Below the pieces are notes generated by a model, which searched no databases, was not told where the DNA came from, and saw only the letters and a program-made list of their open reading frames with translations. A program made the position numbers and the translations under genes. Shown piece by piece: positions 10,059 through 18,647 of a stretch of 64,000 nt of DNA (within the stretch, counting starts at the first letter, position 1; every line of letters begins with the position of its first letter). This DNA is from a bacterium (GTDB lineage Bacteria; Bacteroidota; Ignavibacteria; UBA10030): positions 70,647-134,646 of the forward strand of contig JAZDJN010000104.1 of NCBI GenBank assembly GCA_043803945.1. The letters are read 5' to 3'.

Positions 10059-10385
10059 ATGCGCGGAAATATTTGTCCTCAATGCGGGAAAGAGGTTATG
10101 CCCTATCGGCGGTTTTTTCGTGAGGCAGAACCATACAAAGTTTCTCAATGCGGCAGTTGTGATACTAAACTAAAACGCAGCCCACGAGTGTACCTCTTCC
10201 TTCTATTTATGTGCATTGTTCTTACGGTGATTAGCATTCCACTCGTTATTGCAATGGTTGCGGCACATACTTCGTTTTGGATCATGTGGCCTGCATTAGT
10301 ACTATGGGCTGCCTGTTGGGTATTACTGATCAACTACTCGTCATGGCGTTACATTGGGTGGGTGGTTGTAAAGGATTCGAATTAA
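10059..10385 (+). CDS. small zinc-ribbon membrane protein (CxxC-20-CxxC type)
   Basis: CPQC...CGSC followed by two hydrophobic helices; AAGGAG RBS. Confidence 0.75.
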   Translation: MRGNICPQCGKEVMPYRRFFREAEPYKVSQCGSCDTKLKRSPRVYLFLLFMCIVLTVISIPLVIAMVAAHTSFWIMWPALVLWAACWVLLINYSSWRYIGWVVVKDSN

Positions 10386-10461
10386 TAAGAATATTTTCCA
10401 ATCACTATTTATAGATGGCTGCCTTATCAGCAGTTCTTGCCAAAATAATGGTGATCCATCT

Positions 10462-10468
10462 GTTAGGC
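10462..10468 (+). repeat. isolated attC R' core site
   Basis: CTGTTAGGCGGC identical to 13453-13464, ~20 nt before the CDF gene start. Confidence 0.45.
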
Positions 10469-10486
10469 GGCATCCTTAGCGTGCTA

Positions 10487-11458
10487 ATGAATGTCATGAC
10501 ATCAAACACTACAAACCGCTTATCTCTTACACGCTTTGCCTGGCTTTCGGTTGCCGCGGCCATTCTCACGATTGCACTCAAGACCATTGCGTATTTGCTA
10601 ACAGGTTCGGTTGGCCTCCTTTCAGACGCGCTGGAATCGTTCGTCAATCTGATCGGCGCACTTATGGCGCTGGGAATGTTGACGATTGCCGCGCGCCCAG
10701 CCGATGAAGACCATGCCTACGGTCATAGTAAAGCCGAATACTTCTCAAGCGGTGTCGAGGGAACATTGATTCTGCTTGCCGCTGGAAGTATCGCCCTGGC
10801 GGCTATTCCCAGGCTGATTGCTCCAAAGCCACTTGAACAAGTTGGGCTGGGATTGGGGGTTTCGGTTGCGGCTTCACTTGTAAACTTGTTTGTCGCGCGG
10901 GTGTTGCTGCGGGCCGGTCAGCAGCATCATTCAATTACTCTTGAAGCTAATGCCCATCACTTGATGACGGATGTATGGACGTCGTTGGGTGTGTTAGTTG
11001 GGATCAGCGCAGTGGTACTCACCGGATGGGAACGACTCGACCCCATTGTGGCATGCCTCGTTGCGGCTAACATCGTTTGGACCGGCGTTGGAATAGTACG
11101 CAAGTCCATATTAGGATTGATGGATACGGCGCTGCCAATGGAGGATCAACGAAAGTTACAACAAGTATTAGAACCGTATGTCCAGAGCGGAGTCCAGTTT
11201 CACGCACTTCGTACGCGCCAATCAGGAGCGCGGCAGTTTGTATCGTTTCACGTACTAGTTCCCGGCCTATGGACAGTTCAGCGCGGCCATCAGCTATTAG
11301 AAAGCATAGAAACTGACATCTGCCATGCATTGCCGAATGTTACAGTCTTTACACATTTGGAATCTATCAGCGATCCTGCTTCATGGGATGATATAAGTTT
11401 AGACCGTAAAGAAATTCCGTCGAATGAATCACCGGCAAAGAAACGGAATCGTCCATGA
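10487..11458 (+). CDS. cation diffusion facilitator family transporter (FieF-like)
   Basis: [35 protein letters not shown]-terminal dimerisation domain. Confidence 0.93.
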   Translation: MNVMTSNTTNRLSLTRFAWLSVAAAILTIALKTIAYLLTGSVGLLSDALESFVNLIGALMALGMLTIAARPADEDHAYGHSKAEYFSSGVEGTLILLAAGSIALAAIPRLIAPKPLEQVGLGLGVSVAASLVNLFVARVLLRAGQQHHSITLEANAHHLMTDVWTSLGVLVGISAVVLTGWERLDPIVACLVAANIVWTGVGIVRKSILGLMDTALPMEDQRKLQQVLEPYVQSGVQFHALRTRQSGARQFVSFHVLVPGLWTVQRGHQLLESIETDICHALPNVTVFTHLESISDPASWDDISLDRKEIPSNESPAKKRNRP

Positions 11459-12693
11459 CTTCTTTTTTAACATTATCCACCTGGAAGCTTCTCCAGACTT
11501 TCCTTGATCAGAAACGAAGCATGGTCGGACTGCTCGGAATGATCGTTTTGGTGGGTATGGGCGAGCATATGGCCGAGCGCTTCCTGCCGCTCTACCTGCA
11601 GCAACTGGCGCAAGCCTCAACCGCTGTATTAGCAATCGGTTTGCTGGCAGGCATGGATGATTTGCTGTCCGCTCTCTACTCTTTTCCGGGTGGATATTTG
11701 AGTGACCGACTGGGCACGAAGCGCGCACTGCTTTTTTTTAATGCCCTCTCCATGATCGGTTACCTGTGTGTTATCTTGATTCGTTCCTGGTGGGCAGTGC
11801 TGATCGGCGCCGCCTTTTTCATCTCCTGGTCGGCTATTTCACTGCCTGCCACGATGGATCTATTGTCAAAGATGGTACCAAAGAATCGGCGTGCTATGGG
11901 AGTGTCGATAGTGTCGTTAGTTCGGCGGGTACCTAAAATGCTGGGACCGGTTGTAGGCGGTGCTTGCATCGCCATCTGGGGTGTCGAGCAGGGTGTGCGT
12001 ATGGCGTTCATTCTGGCGCTGGTGCTCGCTCTGGTTGCCTCGGTATTACAGCAGTTGCTGATCACAGACGACTCGAAAGAAGCCAGAGTTCCCGAGCCCA
12101 ATCCGATGCGGCTGTGGCGTGAGATGCCCGCCAATCTGAGGAATCTGCTCTGGTCGGATATTCTCATTCGATTCTGTGAGCGCATTCCGGACGCGTTCGT
12201 GGTTATCTGGGCCACACGATATGTGCTCCACCCCGTTTCGGAACTCACGTTCGGATGGCTCTCCGCCATCGAAAACATTACCGCAGTGCTTGTGTATATC
12301 CCCGTGGCATACATGGCCGATCGCTTTGGCAAGAAACCTTTTGTGCTTATCACCTTCGTGTTCTTCACCTGCTTCCCGATGGCGCTTCTCTATTCGTCTT
12401 CGCTCGGTCCTTTGATCGCAGCGTTTGTGCTTCGTGGTCTCAAGGAATTTGGCGAGCCGACCCGCAAGGCGCTGATCATGGATCTGGCACCGGATGAGCG
12501 CAAAGCTGCGATGTTCGGATTGTACTATCTTGTTCGTGATGTGCTTGTTGCTTTTGCGGCTTTTGGCGGAGCGCTGCTCTGGCGTGTGTCGCCGGAACTG
12601 AACCTGAAGGTTGCGTTCGGCTTCGGAGTGTTAGGCACTTTCTGGTTCGCCTGCCGCGGCCGCGACTGCACGGTTCCACTCACAAATAATTAA
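11455..12693 (+). CDS. MFS transporter
   Basis: [12 protein letters not shown] and ADRFGKK motif A copies, ~12 TM helices. Confidence 0.92.
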   Translation: MTSFLTLSTWKLLQTFLDQKRSMVGLLGMIVLVGMGEHMAERFLPLYLQQLAQASTAVLAIGLLAGMDDLLSALYSFPGGYLSDRLGTKRALLFFNALSMIGYLCVILIRSWWAVLIGAAFFISWSAISLPATMDLLSKMVPKNRRAMGVSIVSLVRRVPKMLGPVVGGACIAIWGVEQGVRMAFILALVLALVASVLQQLLITDDSKEARVPEPNPMRLWREMPANLRNLLWSDILIRFCERIPDAFVVIWATRYVLHPVSELTFGWLSAIENITAVLVYIPVAYMADRFGKKPFVLITFVFFTCFPMALLYSSSLGPLIAAFVLRGLKEFGEPTRKALIMDLAPDERKAAMFGLYYLVRDVLVAFAAFGGALLWRVSPELNLKVAFGFGVLGTFWFACRGRDCTVPLTNN

Positions 12694-12876
12694 GATCGAA
12701 CTCATCAAAATATTTGGAGATCGAAAGACTTAAAATGCTGGGAGGTCGCAAGACTCGCCTACTTGCCAGCCTTGGGCTGGTGGCGAGGAGCTCTGCACGC
12801 GATCAATGAGCGTTTGCTCCTGACCAAATTTCTCTTTTATCAATTTTAGAAAAGGCGGCTAAATCACCTCTCACAC

Positions 12877-12904
12877 TTGACTCTGAATGGCACAATGTTA
12901 TATT
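12877..12904 (+). promoter_or_regulatory. putative internal sigma70 promoter within the cassette array
   Basis: TTGACT-N16-TATATT with extended TGn. Confidence 0.45.
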
Positions 12905-12971
12905 GCTCTCACTTTTTAAGAAAATCCATTCAACCGTTGGCAAATAATTAGACAGCACACAGGAAAGAACT

Positions 12972-13364
12972 ATGGCATTTGAAGATAAACACCTTGATGT
13001 CTTACAGAACATTGAGTTCGCTATCGTGAGCGTGTATCACGAACACAACGATCTTAACGACTATGAAGTGATGAAGGCGTTGGATGCTTTAATCGATCAC
13101 TATCGCCTAGAATCGCATGGGCATACTTCCAAAGAAAATCATCTTCCGCCGAACGAAACTCTTGTCATTCAGAGAGTACAGGAGATGTGCGAACACAGGT
13201 TGGGTCGTAAAGATCTCGGCAGAATGAAAATGGATCCTTCAGGAGTTAAGACCGTAGAAGAAATTCTTTCATGCTTAAGAAAAATAAGGAAGTCAGTCGA
13301 TAGATGGAATAAACAAGGAGGTAAGCAAGGGTATTTACGATTTGTGAAAGAATTTGTCAAGTAA
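12972..13364 (+). CDS. hypothetical protein (130 aa)
   Basis: Clean ORF with AGGA RBS, followed by an attC remnant. Confidence 0.8.
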   Translation: MAFEDKHLDVLQNIEFAIVSVYHEHNDLNDYEVMKALDALIDHYRLESHGHTSKENHLPPNETLVIQRVQEMCEHRLGRKDLGRMKMDPSGVKTVEEILSCLRKIRKSVDRWNKQGGKQGYLRFVKEFVK

Positions 13365-13391
13365 TGGCAAATCGTGGGACAACAGCGCAGT

Positions 13392-13461
13392 GAATGAACT
13401 TGTTTCGTTTAGTACAAGTTGATTGTTTTCAACGGTGCAGCTTATGCGCCACCTGTTAGGC
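13392..13461 (+). repeat. attC right half (left half lost)
   Basis: AATGAACTTGTTTCGTT...GCAGCTTATGCGCCACCTGTTAGGC, similar to 15770-15837. Confidence 0.6.
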
Positions 13462-13572
13462 GGCGTACTATGCCAGCTCGTGAAGACCATGCGTTCAACA
13501 TTCGCACGTCGACAGTCGCTCGGCGAGGAGGTCACCATGGTATATAACATGTTCTAAAAGGAGGGTACCAAA

Positions 13573-13914
13573 ATGCCGGAATATCGGATTAAGGTTGCGC
13601 CCGTTACAGTAGCGTATGCTGACGGGGAGAAAAACAAGCTTGTAGTGGAGTTCGCCATCCCAGGAGCGCCAACAGATACCATCGATCTGAAGCTCCTGCC
13701 AGATAGCGTCCACCTGACAGCACCAGCAAGGGACATCGAGTATGTTTCAGCACTGGCTTTAGCTTGGCCGGTGAAACCTGACAAAGCCGAAGCGATCTAC
13801 GAAAACGGCCTGCTCCGAATTGAGGTGCCCTTCAAAGATCCGATGGAAGATGCTGTGAAGATCGCTATCAAAGCAGGTGGCGTGGAAATCAAGACCAAAG
13901 CAATCGAAGGCTGA
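13573..13914 (+). CDS. Hsp20/alpha-crystallin family small heat-shock protein
   Basis: VEFAIPG...AEAIYENGLLRIEVP; AAGGAGG RBS. Confidence 0.88.
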   Translation: MPEYRIKVAPVTVAYADGEKNKLVVEFAIPGAPTDTIDLKLLPDSVHLTAPARDIEYVSALALAWPVKPDKAEAIYENGLLRIEVPFKDPMEDAVKIAIKAGGVEIKTKAIEG

Positions 13915-14290
13915 TGACCCGTCAGTGGCTCCCCGCTATAAAGCAGCGGGGTAGGAAAGCTGATCCCGACAAGATCCGTCCCGATATGAGGCATCAGGAC
14001 AAGTCGGGGCAGGTCGAATGAGCACCCCGTAAAATGCACGGGGTAAATGCGTACGTTAAGCATGGCTGGCATAGGTGCAATGCAGGTTTGTAAGCCAGAG
14101 GTCGTTAGACTCCGATAGAGTCTAACGGACTCTATCGAGCTTATGAGCCATTGGCGAGACAAAGCTCGACTTCGTCGGCTTGGTTCGGATAGTACAATTT
14201 GTGAGCCAGAGGCGCAGGCGCAAAAGTTATCAGTGCGGCAGTCCCGAATAAAAACATTTCGGGATAAACTTTAGCCGCCATCCGTTATAC
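13915..14290 (+). repeat. attC site expanded by several inserted hairpins
   Basis: AAGCTGA..C L''-like box, GCAG..CTTTAGCC L'-like box and R' GTTATAC (14284-14290), interrupted by palindromes. Confidence 0.65.
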
Positions 14291-14373
14291 CGCTTGCGTT
14301 TTCAATGAAGCTATGTCCTAGCACGCAATGAACAGATGATTGATTTCTTACCACATTTTCAGGAATAACATAA

Positions 14374-14847
14374 ATGCAGTTCTCAAAGAAATGGTCAGTC
14401 TCTCGGCTCAAGCAGATAAGGCAGCGTCTTAAAGGGGCAAGAAAGCAAGGAGATAATCCTCGAAAGAATGCAATCGAGACTCTTTTCCAACAAGTTGCTC
14501 GAGTTCCTTCACTCACATATGTTGGAAATGATCGTACAAAGCGCAACGCTATTCCTTTCCCTCGGGGAAAAACCAAGTATCCAGACTTTCGCTTCACTGA
14601 TCAAAACAAGGTGATCGAAGTGATCGGTACTCACAGCCACGATGCACGCTACTCAACATGGCTTGCCAAGACTTATAACCGCATAGGCATTCGAGCATTG
14701 CTTATCTCTGAGACTGACATTGTTAACAACCCTCAATTTGTACATAATCGTGCAGTCAATTTCTATGGGCGATGCATAAAGTGCGGGAGTGCTCTCCAGT
14801 CGATGGGCACCGAGCCGCCTTATTGCCCTCAATGCGGTAACCTCTGA
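14374..14847 (+). CDS. Vsr/DUF559-like PD-(D/E)xK nuclease with C-terminal zinc ribbon
   Basis: YPDF-x7-IEVIGxHxH pattern; CIKC...CPQC. Confidence 0.6.
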   Translation: MQFSKKWSVSRLKQIRQRLKGARKQGDNPRKNAIETLFQQVARVPSLTYVGNDRTKRNAIPFPRGKTKYPDFRFTDQNKVIEVIGTHSHDARYSTWLAKTYNRIGIRALLISETDIVNNPQFVHNRAVNFYGRCIKCGSALQSMGTEPPYCPQCGNL

Positions 14848-14887
14848 AAAGAACTACAATGTGCGACAACTTAACTTGGAGTAAATA

Positions 14888-15625
14888 ATGACCAGTTCAC
14901 CTTCAGAAAAAATTCCTGTCCAATCGCCTTCTACTCAAGAATCATCGGCGCTGAAACAAACATTTATTGATAGACTCAAAGAGGACTATCTCAAGGCGCT
15001 ATCTTCACTTGACAACGACGTGAAAAAGTTGGTTCAGAATGGTCAAGAAGCAAAAGCCTTGATGCTTTTTTCAGATAACCTAACGAAGATAATTGAGATA
15101 AAAGACACCCTGACTACATTCTATACTCTATTTTTGAACAATGTCTCCGTTCTAGAACGATTCGGATCAGAACGACTCAAACAACTCGGATATGAGCTGC
15201 AACCCATCTATGACACTCTCAAGGATGGCGATGCAGAACAAGCGGAAATTGAGCAGCATATTCTCAAGAACTTCCGCTCGCTGGGCATAAAGAAAACCCA
15301 TTGGTATATCAAAGAAATCGTATTGACGGAAATTGAATATATGCTTGACACTCTTCAGATCCTCATTGAGCCTGACTTCCTTCCCCTGTTGGAATCGACA
15401 CAATCAACCGGCGAAACAGAAGATAGGCCCGATCGCTACATACCCCCCGACGTCAAACTAGCAGTTTGGCGCAGAGATCAAGGTAAGTGCGTCCAATGTG
15501 GCTCAAAGGGTAAGCTGGAGTACGACCACATTATCCCGGTCTCTAAGGGTGGCTCCAACACAGAAAGGAACATTCAACTTCTGTGTGAGAAATGTAACCG
15601 TGAGAAGGCAACCAACATTCTTTGA
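14888..15625 (+). CDS. HNH endonuclease with helical N-terminal domain
   Basis: VWRRDQGKCVQC...LEYDHIIPVSKGGSNTERNIQLLCEKCNREK. Confidence 0.92.
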   Translation: MTSSPSEKIPVQSPSTQESSALKQTFIDRLKEDYLKALSSLDNDVKKLVQNGQEAKALMLFSDNLTKIIEIKDTLTTFYTLFLNNVSVLERFGSERLKQLGYELQPIYDTLKDGDAEQAEIEQHILKNFRSLGIKKTHWYIKEIVLTEIEYMLDTLQILIEPDFLPLLESTQSTGETEDRPDRYIPPDVKLAVWRRDQGKCVQCGSKGKLEYDHIIPVSKGGSNTERNIQLLCEKCNREKATNIL

Positions 15626-15677
15626 TGCGGCAATTGCGTACTGTCGCAGAACATTTTTTTGCAATCGTGCGCAAGCG

Positions 15678-15837
15678 GTATAACCAGTCGCTGCTGCTGC
15701 TGACGGAATGAGCGTCGGTGCAATTTACATGGCGAGTAGAGGTTGAGTAGTTAAAGATAAAGTAGGTACAATGAACTTAGTTCGTTGGGTGCATGTTGCA
15801 AATATGCAGTGCCGCAGCTTAGCGCCCGTCGTTAGCC
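15678..15837 (+). repeat. attC site
   Basis: R'' GTATAAC, L'' GCTGCTGACGG, L' CCGCAGCTTAGC, R' GTTAGCC; the R'' region is a 15-bp perfect inverse of the upstream R' (14284-14298). Confidence 0.88.
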
Positions 15838-15851
15838 ATTGGAGGTGAGTA

Positions 15852-16895
15852 ATGCTTTTTGAGTGGAAAGACGCAGGGAAAGATACATCAGATGTCGAGA
15901 AGTTGAAAGAGGTGCGACTCGCTGATTCTGGTCTTCGAGAACGAGACCTCGAGAATCTCATCTCGAAGCGGATAGAGCAACTTGTTCGAACCGATCAACT
16001 CATGGTGATCATGCAGGAACGCTCTAGGCAAGAGGAGCCGGATATCCTTGCGTTAGACGAATCCGGTACCCTGTTCATCTTTGAGTTGAAACGGTGGGAA
16101 GGCAGGGGCGAAAATGTACTGCAGGTACTTCGCTATGGGCAAAAGTTTGGTCGATATGAATATGATCGGCTGAATTATTTCTATCAGTCGTATAGTAGAC
16201 ATCGCCAGCAGGAGGTGACTCTGAAGGAGGCTCATAGAGAGTACTTCGGGCTCTCAGCATCCCTCGAAGAGAACCTCTTTAATATATCTCAGCAGTTCGT
16301 GGTTGTTACAAATGGCCTTGACTATGATACCTGGGATGCGATTGCTTTTTGGAAAGCCAAGGGACTCAATATCTTTCCTCTGATCTACAGATTATTTCGT
16401 CTTTCGGATAAACTTCACATTGATTTCGATCCTTACGGGCCAGTGCCTGATGCACCAAAGGACTCAGAAAGTGGTCTTTATGTTGTAAATACGAACCTTA
16501 CATATGATCCAGATGCTTACCAAGAGATGGTTACCGAGAGGAAAGGTGCGGCCTACTACGACCGGAAATACGCAATTCAGAATATCAAGGCTGGCAACAG
16601 TGTTTGTCTATATCACGTCGGGGTTGGCGTTATTGGCATCGGCAAGGCAAAGACAGATTACCAAAAAAAGGATATCGGTTCAGATTTAGCAGCAGAGTAC
16701 TATGTCCCAATCGAATTCCAATACCTTGTCAATATCAACAGCGAGAATTGGACCAGCTTAGCAGTGCATGCTTGGGAGATAAACGCGAAATTTGGTACAA
16801 GTTATCGGTTTCGGCAGACTGTATTTCAACTACCTTACGAGTTTGCTGAATTCATTAAAGATAAATTCAAGGAGAAAGGTGTGAAGAATGGCTAA
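15852..16895 (+). CDS. NucS/EndoMS-like PD-(D/E)xK endonuclease with C-terminal EVE/PUA-like domain
   Basis: PDILALDESGTLFIFELKR...QVLRY; C-terminal IKAGNSVCLYHVGVGVIGIG; stop lies in the R'' box. Confidence 0.75.
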   Translation: MLFEWKDAGKDTSDVEKLKEVRLADSGLRERDLENLISKRIEQLVRTDQLMVIMQERSRQEEPDILALDESGTLFIFELKRWEGRGENVLQVLRYGQKFGRYEYDRLNYFYQSYSRHRQQEVTLKEAHREYFGLSASLEENLFNISQQFVVVTNGLDYDTWDAIAFWKAKGLNIFPLIYRLFRLSDKLHIDFDPYGPVPDAPKDSESGLYVVNTNLTYDPDAYQEMVTERKGAAYYDRKYAIQNIKAGNSVCLYHVGVGVIGIGKAKTDYQKKDIGSDLAAEYYVPIEFQYLVNINSENWTSLAVHAWEINAKFGTSYRFRQTVFQLPYEFAEFIKDKFKEKGVKNG

Positions 16896-16993
16896 CCCGC
16901 GCATGCACCACGACACACCTTCGCGAAAAAGATTGATCACGTTAAAGAGATATACAGCGCTCCGGTGTGCGGGTGATGCGCAGCCCGTTAGGC
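16890..16993 (+). repeat. attC site
   Basis: GGCTAAC-CCGCGCATGCACCACGAC...GCGGGTGATGCG-CAGCCC-GTTAGGC; AATGGCTAAC is the exact inverse of GTTAGCCATT at 15831. Confidence 0.92.
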
Positions 16994-17012
16994 GCGCCTA
17001 AATATAAAAAAT

Positions 17013-18242
17013 ATGAACAATATTGAAATTGAAAATAAACTTATTGAGGTGCTTGATCCAAACGGCAAGGCTTACAAGGATGCCTCGGTAAATTTATCAA
17101 AAATACCACCTCAATATCATGAAAATATTCTTAATGCTTTGCTGGCAGATTCTCTTTCAAAAGAATTAATATCTCAACCTGAATTTGCAAAAGGTCATGG
17201 TTATTCAATCTGGCTTGGAGATTCAGGAACTGGACTCACACCTGTTATGGCAGCTCAAGTGCTTATTCGTCGTACAAGCAGAACAAGTGACCCAAAAGAA
17301 GCCGTTGATTGGCTCAATCGTGTTCTTGCCACAAAGGAGGCTGATGGAAAAATCATTCTTGCTCTTTGGGGGATTCTCGTAGAACAACCAATTCATTTCA
17401 ATGAAGAATTATCCCTCATTGCTTTCTCGGATGTTACACCGTCACACAATAAAAAAGTAATTCTGGACTCGGCAAGCACTTATCCCATCGGTGTGTTTCA
17501 ACCCTTTCCCTTCAGATCTCCATCGGCGGCACTTACTGCTAAAATTCATGTAAATCCATTTATTCAACCATCTGAACTCGCTGGCTTGCCTCCTCAAGGA
17601 CCGTTGCCCCAACATGAAATGCTTGAGTTAGCCCGACTTTCTCTTAATTGTGTGGGTACAGCTACTGCAATCGCAGCAGCCTCTTGGTTTCAATTTGATG
17701 ATCCAGATATCCAAGATGCTGTTCTCTTTAGTGGTATCTCTACTCGTATTGGATTAAAACACGACATTCTATTTATTAAAGACTCAAATATTGAGATTGA
17801 AGAGGCACAAAAAGTTGTTCGTTCAGTTCTCCGTCTCTCTGGTGATGTTGCCAAGCGTACGAAAATATCTCTTCAAAGATTTGATAGAGCCTGCAGACAT
17901 TTTGATCTTAATGATAAGGCTCTTGATCTTGCAATTGCACTAGAATCTTTACTCACTGAGGACGCTGGAGAAAATAATTTTAAGGTGGGTTTGCGGGCTG
18001 CACTACTATCGGCTGATAATCCAAAGGAACAAATCCGTGCTCGTTATTTAGTTAATGGTCTTTATAAGATTCGTAACAAGGTTGTGCACCGCGGATATGC
18101 TCTAAAAGAAGTTACTATCAAGGAGAAGAAGATTCCGACTTCAGAAGTCATCAATGAATCTGTAAAAATTGTCGCTCAAGTAATTAAAACTATCGCTGAG
18201 AAGGGAATTATTCCTGATTGGCATGAATACGAATTGGAATAG
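17013..18242 (+). CDS. ApeA-like HEPN domain protein
   Basis: C-terminal DKALDLAIALESLL...LYKIRNKVVH (RxxxxH); starts 20 nt after attC R'. Confidence 0.8.
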   Translation: MNNIEIENKLIEVLDPNGKAYKDASVNLSKIPPQYHENILNALLADSLSKELISQPEFAKGHGYSIWLGDSGTGLTPVMAAQVLIRRTSRTSDPKEAVDWLNRVLATKEADGKIILALWGILVEQPIHFNEELSLIAFSDVTPSHNKKVILDSASTYPIGVFQPFPFRSPSAALTAKIHVNPFIQPSELAGLPPQGPLPQHEMLELARLSLNCVGTATAIAAASWFQFDDPDIQDAVLFSGISTRIGLKHDILFIKDSNIEIEEAQKVVRSVLRLSGDVAKRTKISLQRFDRACRHFDLNDKALDLAIALESLLTEDAGENNFKVGLRAALLSADNPKEQIRARYLVNGLYKIRNKVVHRGYALKEVTIKEKKIPTSEVINESVKIVAQVIKTIAEKGIIPDWHEYELE

Positions 18243-18255
18243 TTCTTAAGCCCGC

Positions 18256-18512
18256 CTTCCAAGTAACTCACTGACTTGATACGGGAACGAGTTGATAGCC
18301 AAGCGATTCAGCTCTGTGTTTAAGATTATGAATGATGCGGGATTTGAATTTTTCCTCATAGTAATCGGCGCCGAGATCGACGTACTCGACTTTGAATTTC
18401 AGCATTTTGTAGACAATCCGTGCCAACTTGTGGATTGTAGCGGTGATAGCCTCCGGTCCACCGTGTTTTTCTCTTACTCTTCAGAAAGCACCAAGGGCAC
18501 AATGAGCATTGG
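18256..18512 (-). mobile_element. IS110-family remnant (transposase C-terminus plus right end)
   Basis: Manual translation: ALGAF*RVREKHGGPEAITATIHKLARIVYKMLKFKVEYVDLGADYYEEKFKSRIIHNLKHRAESLGYQLVPVSSQ*; then GTTACTTGGAAG end. Confidence 0.88.
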
Positions 18513-18647
18513 CGAAGGCGGACAAGCCCGCCTACGTTACAAAGCAAACTCCGGCGGGTAGGCGTGCCTCGTTAAGCATGATTTGCAGAGGTGCAGCGGC
18601 ATTCGGTATGTTAACGAGTAATAACGATCCAAGAAAAGGTCAAACTC

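Noticed and set aside
12936-12946. GTTGGCAAATA as an attC R' for the 12972 gene
   Set aside because: Only a partial inverse match near 13353 and no L boxes; too weak to call
18292-18561. 89-aa plus-strand ORF
   Set aside because: Antisense shadow of the IS110 transposase remnant
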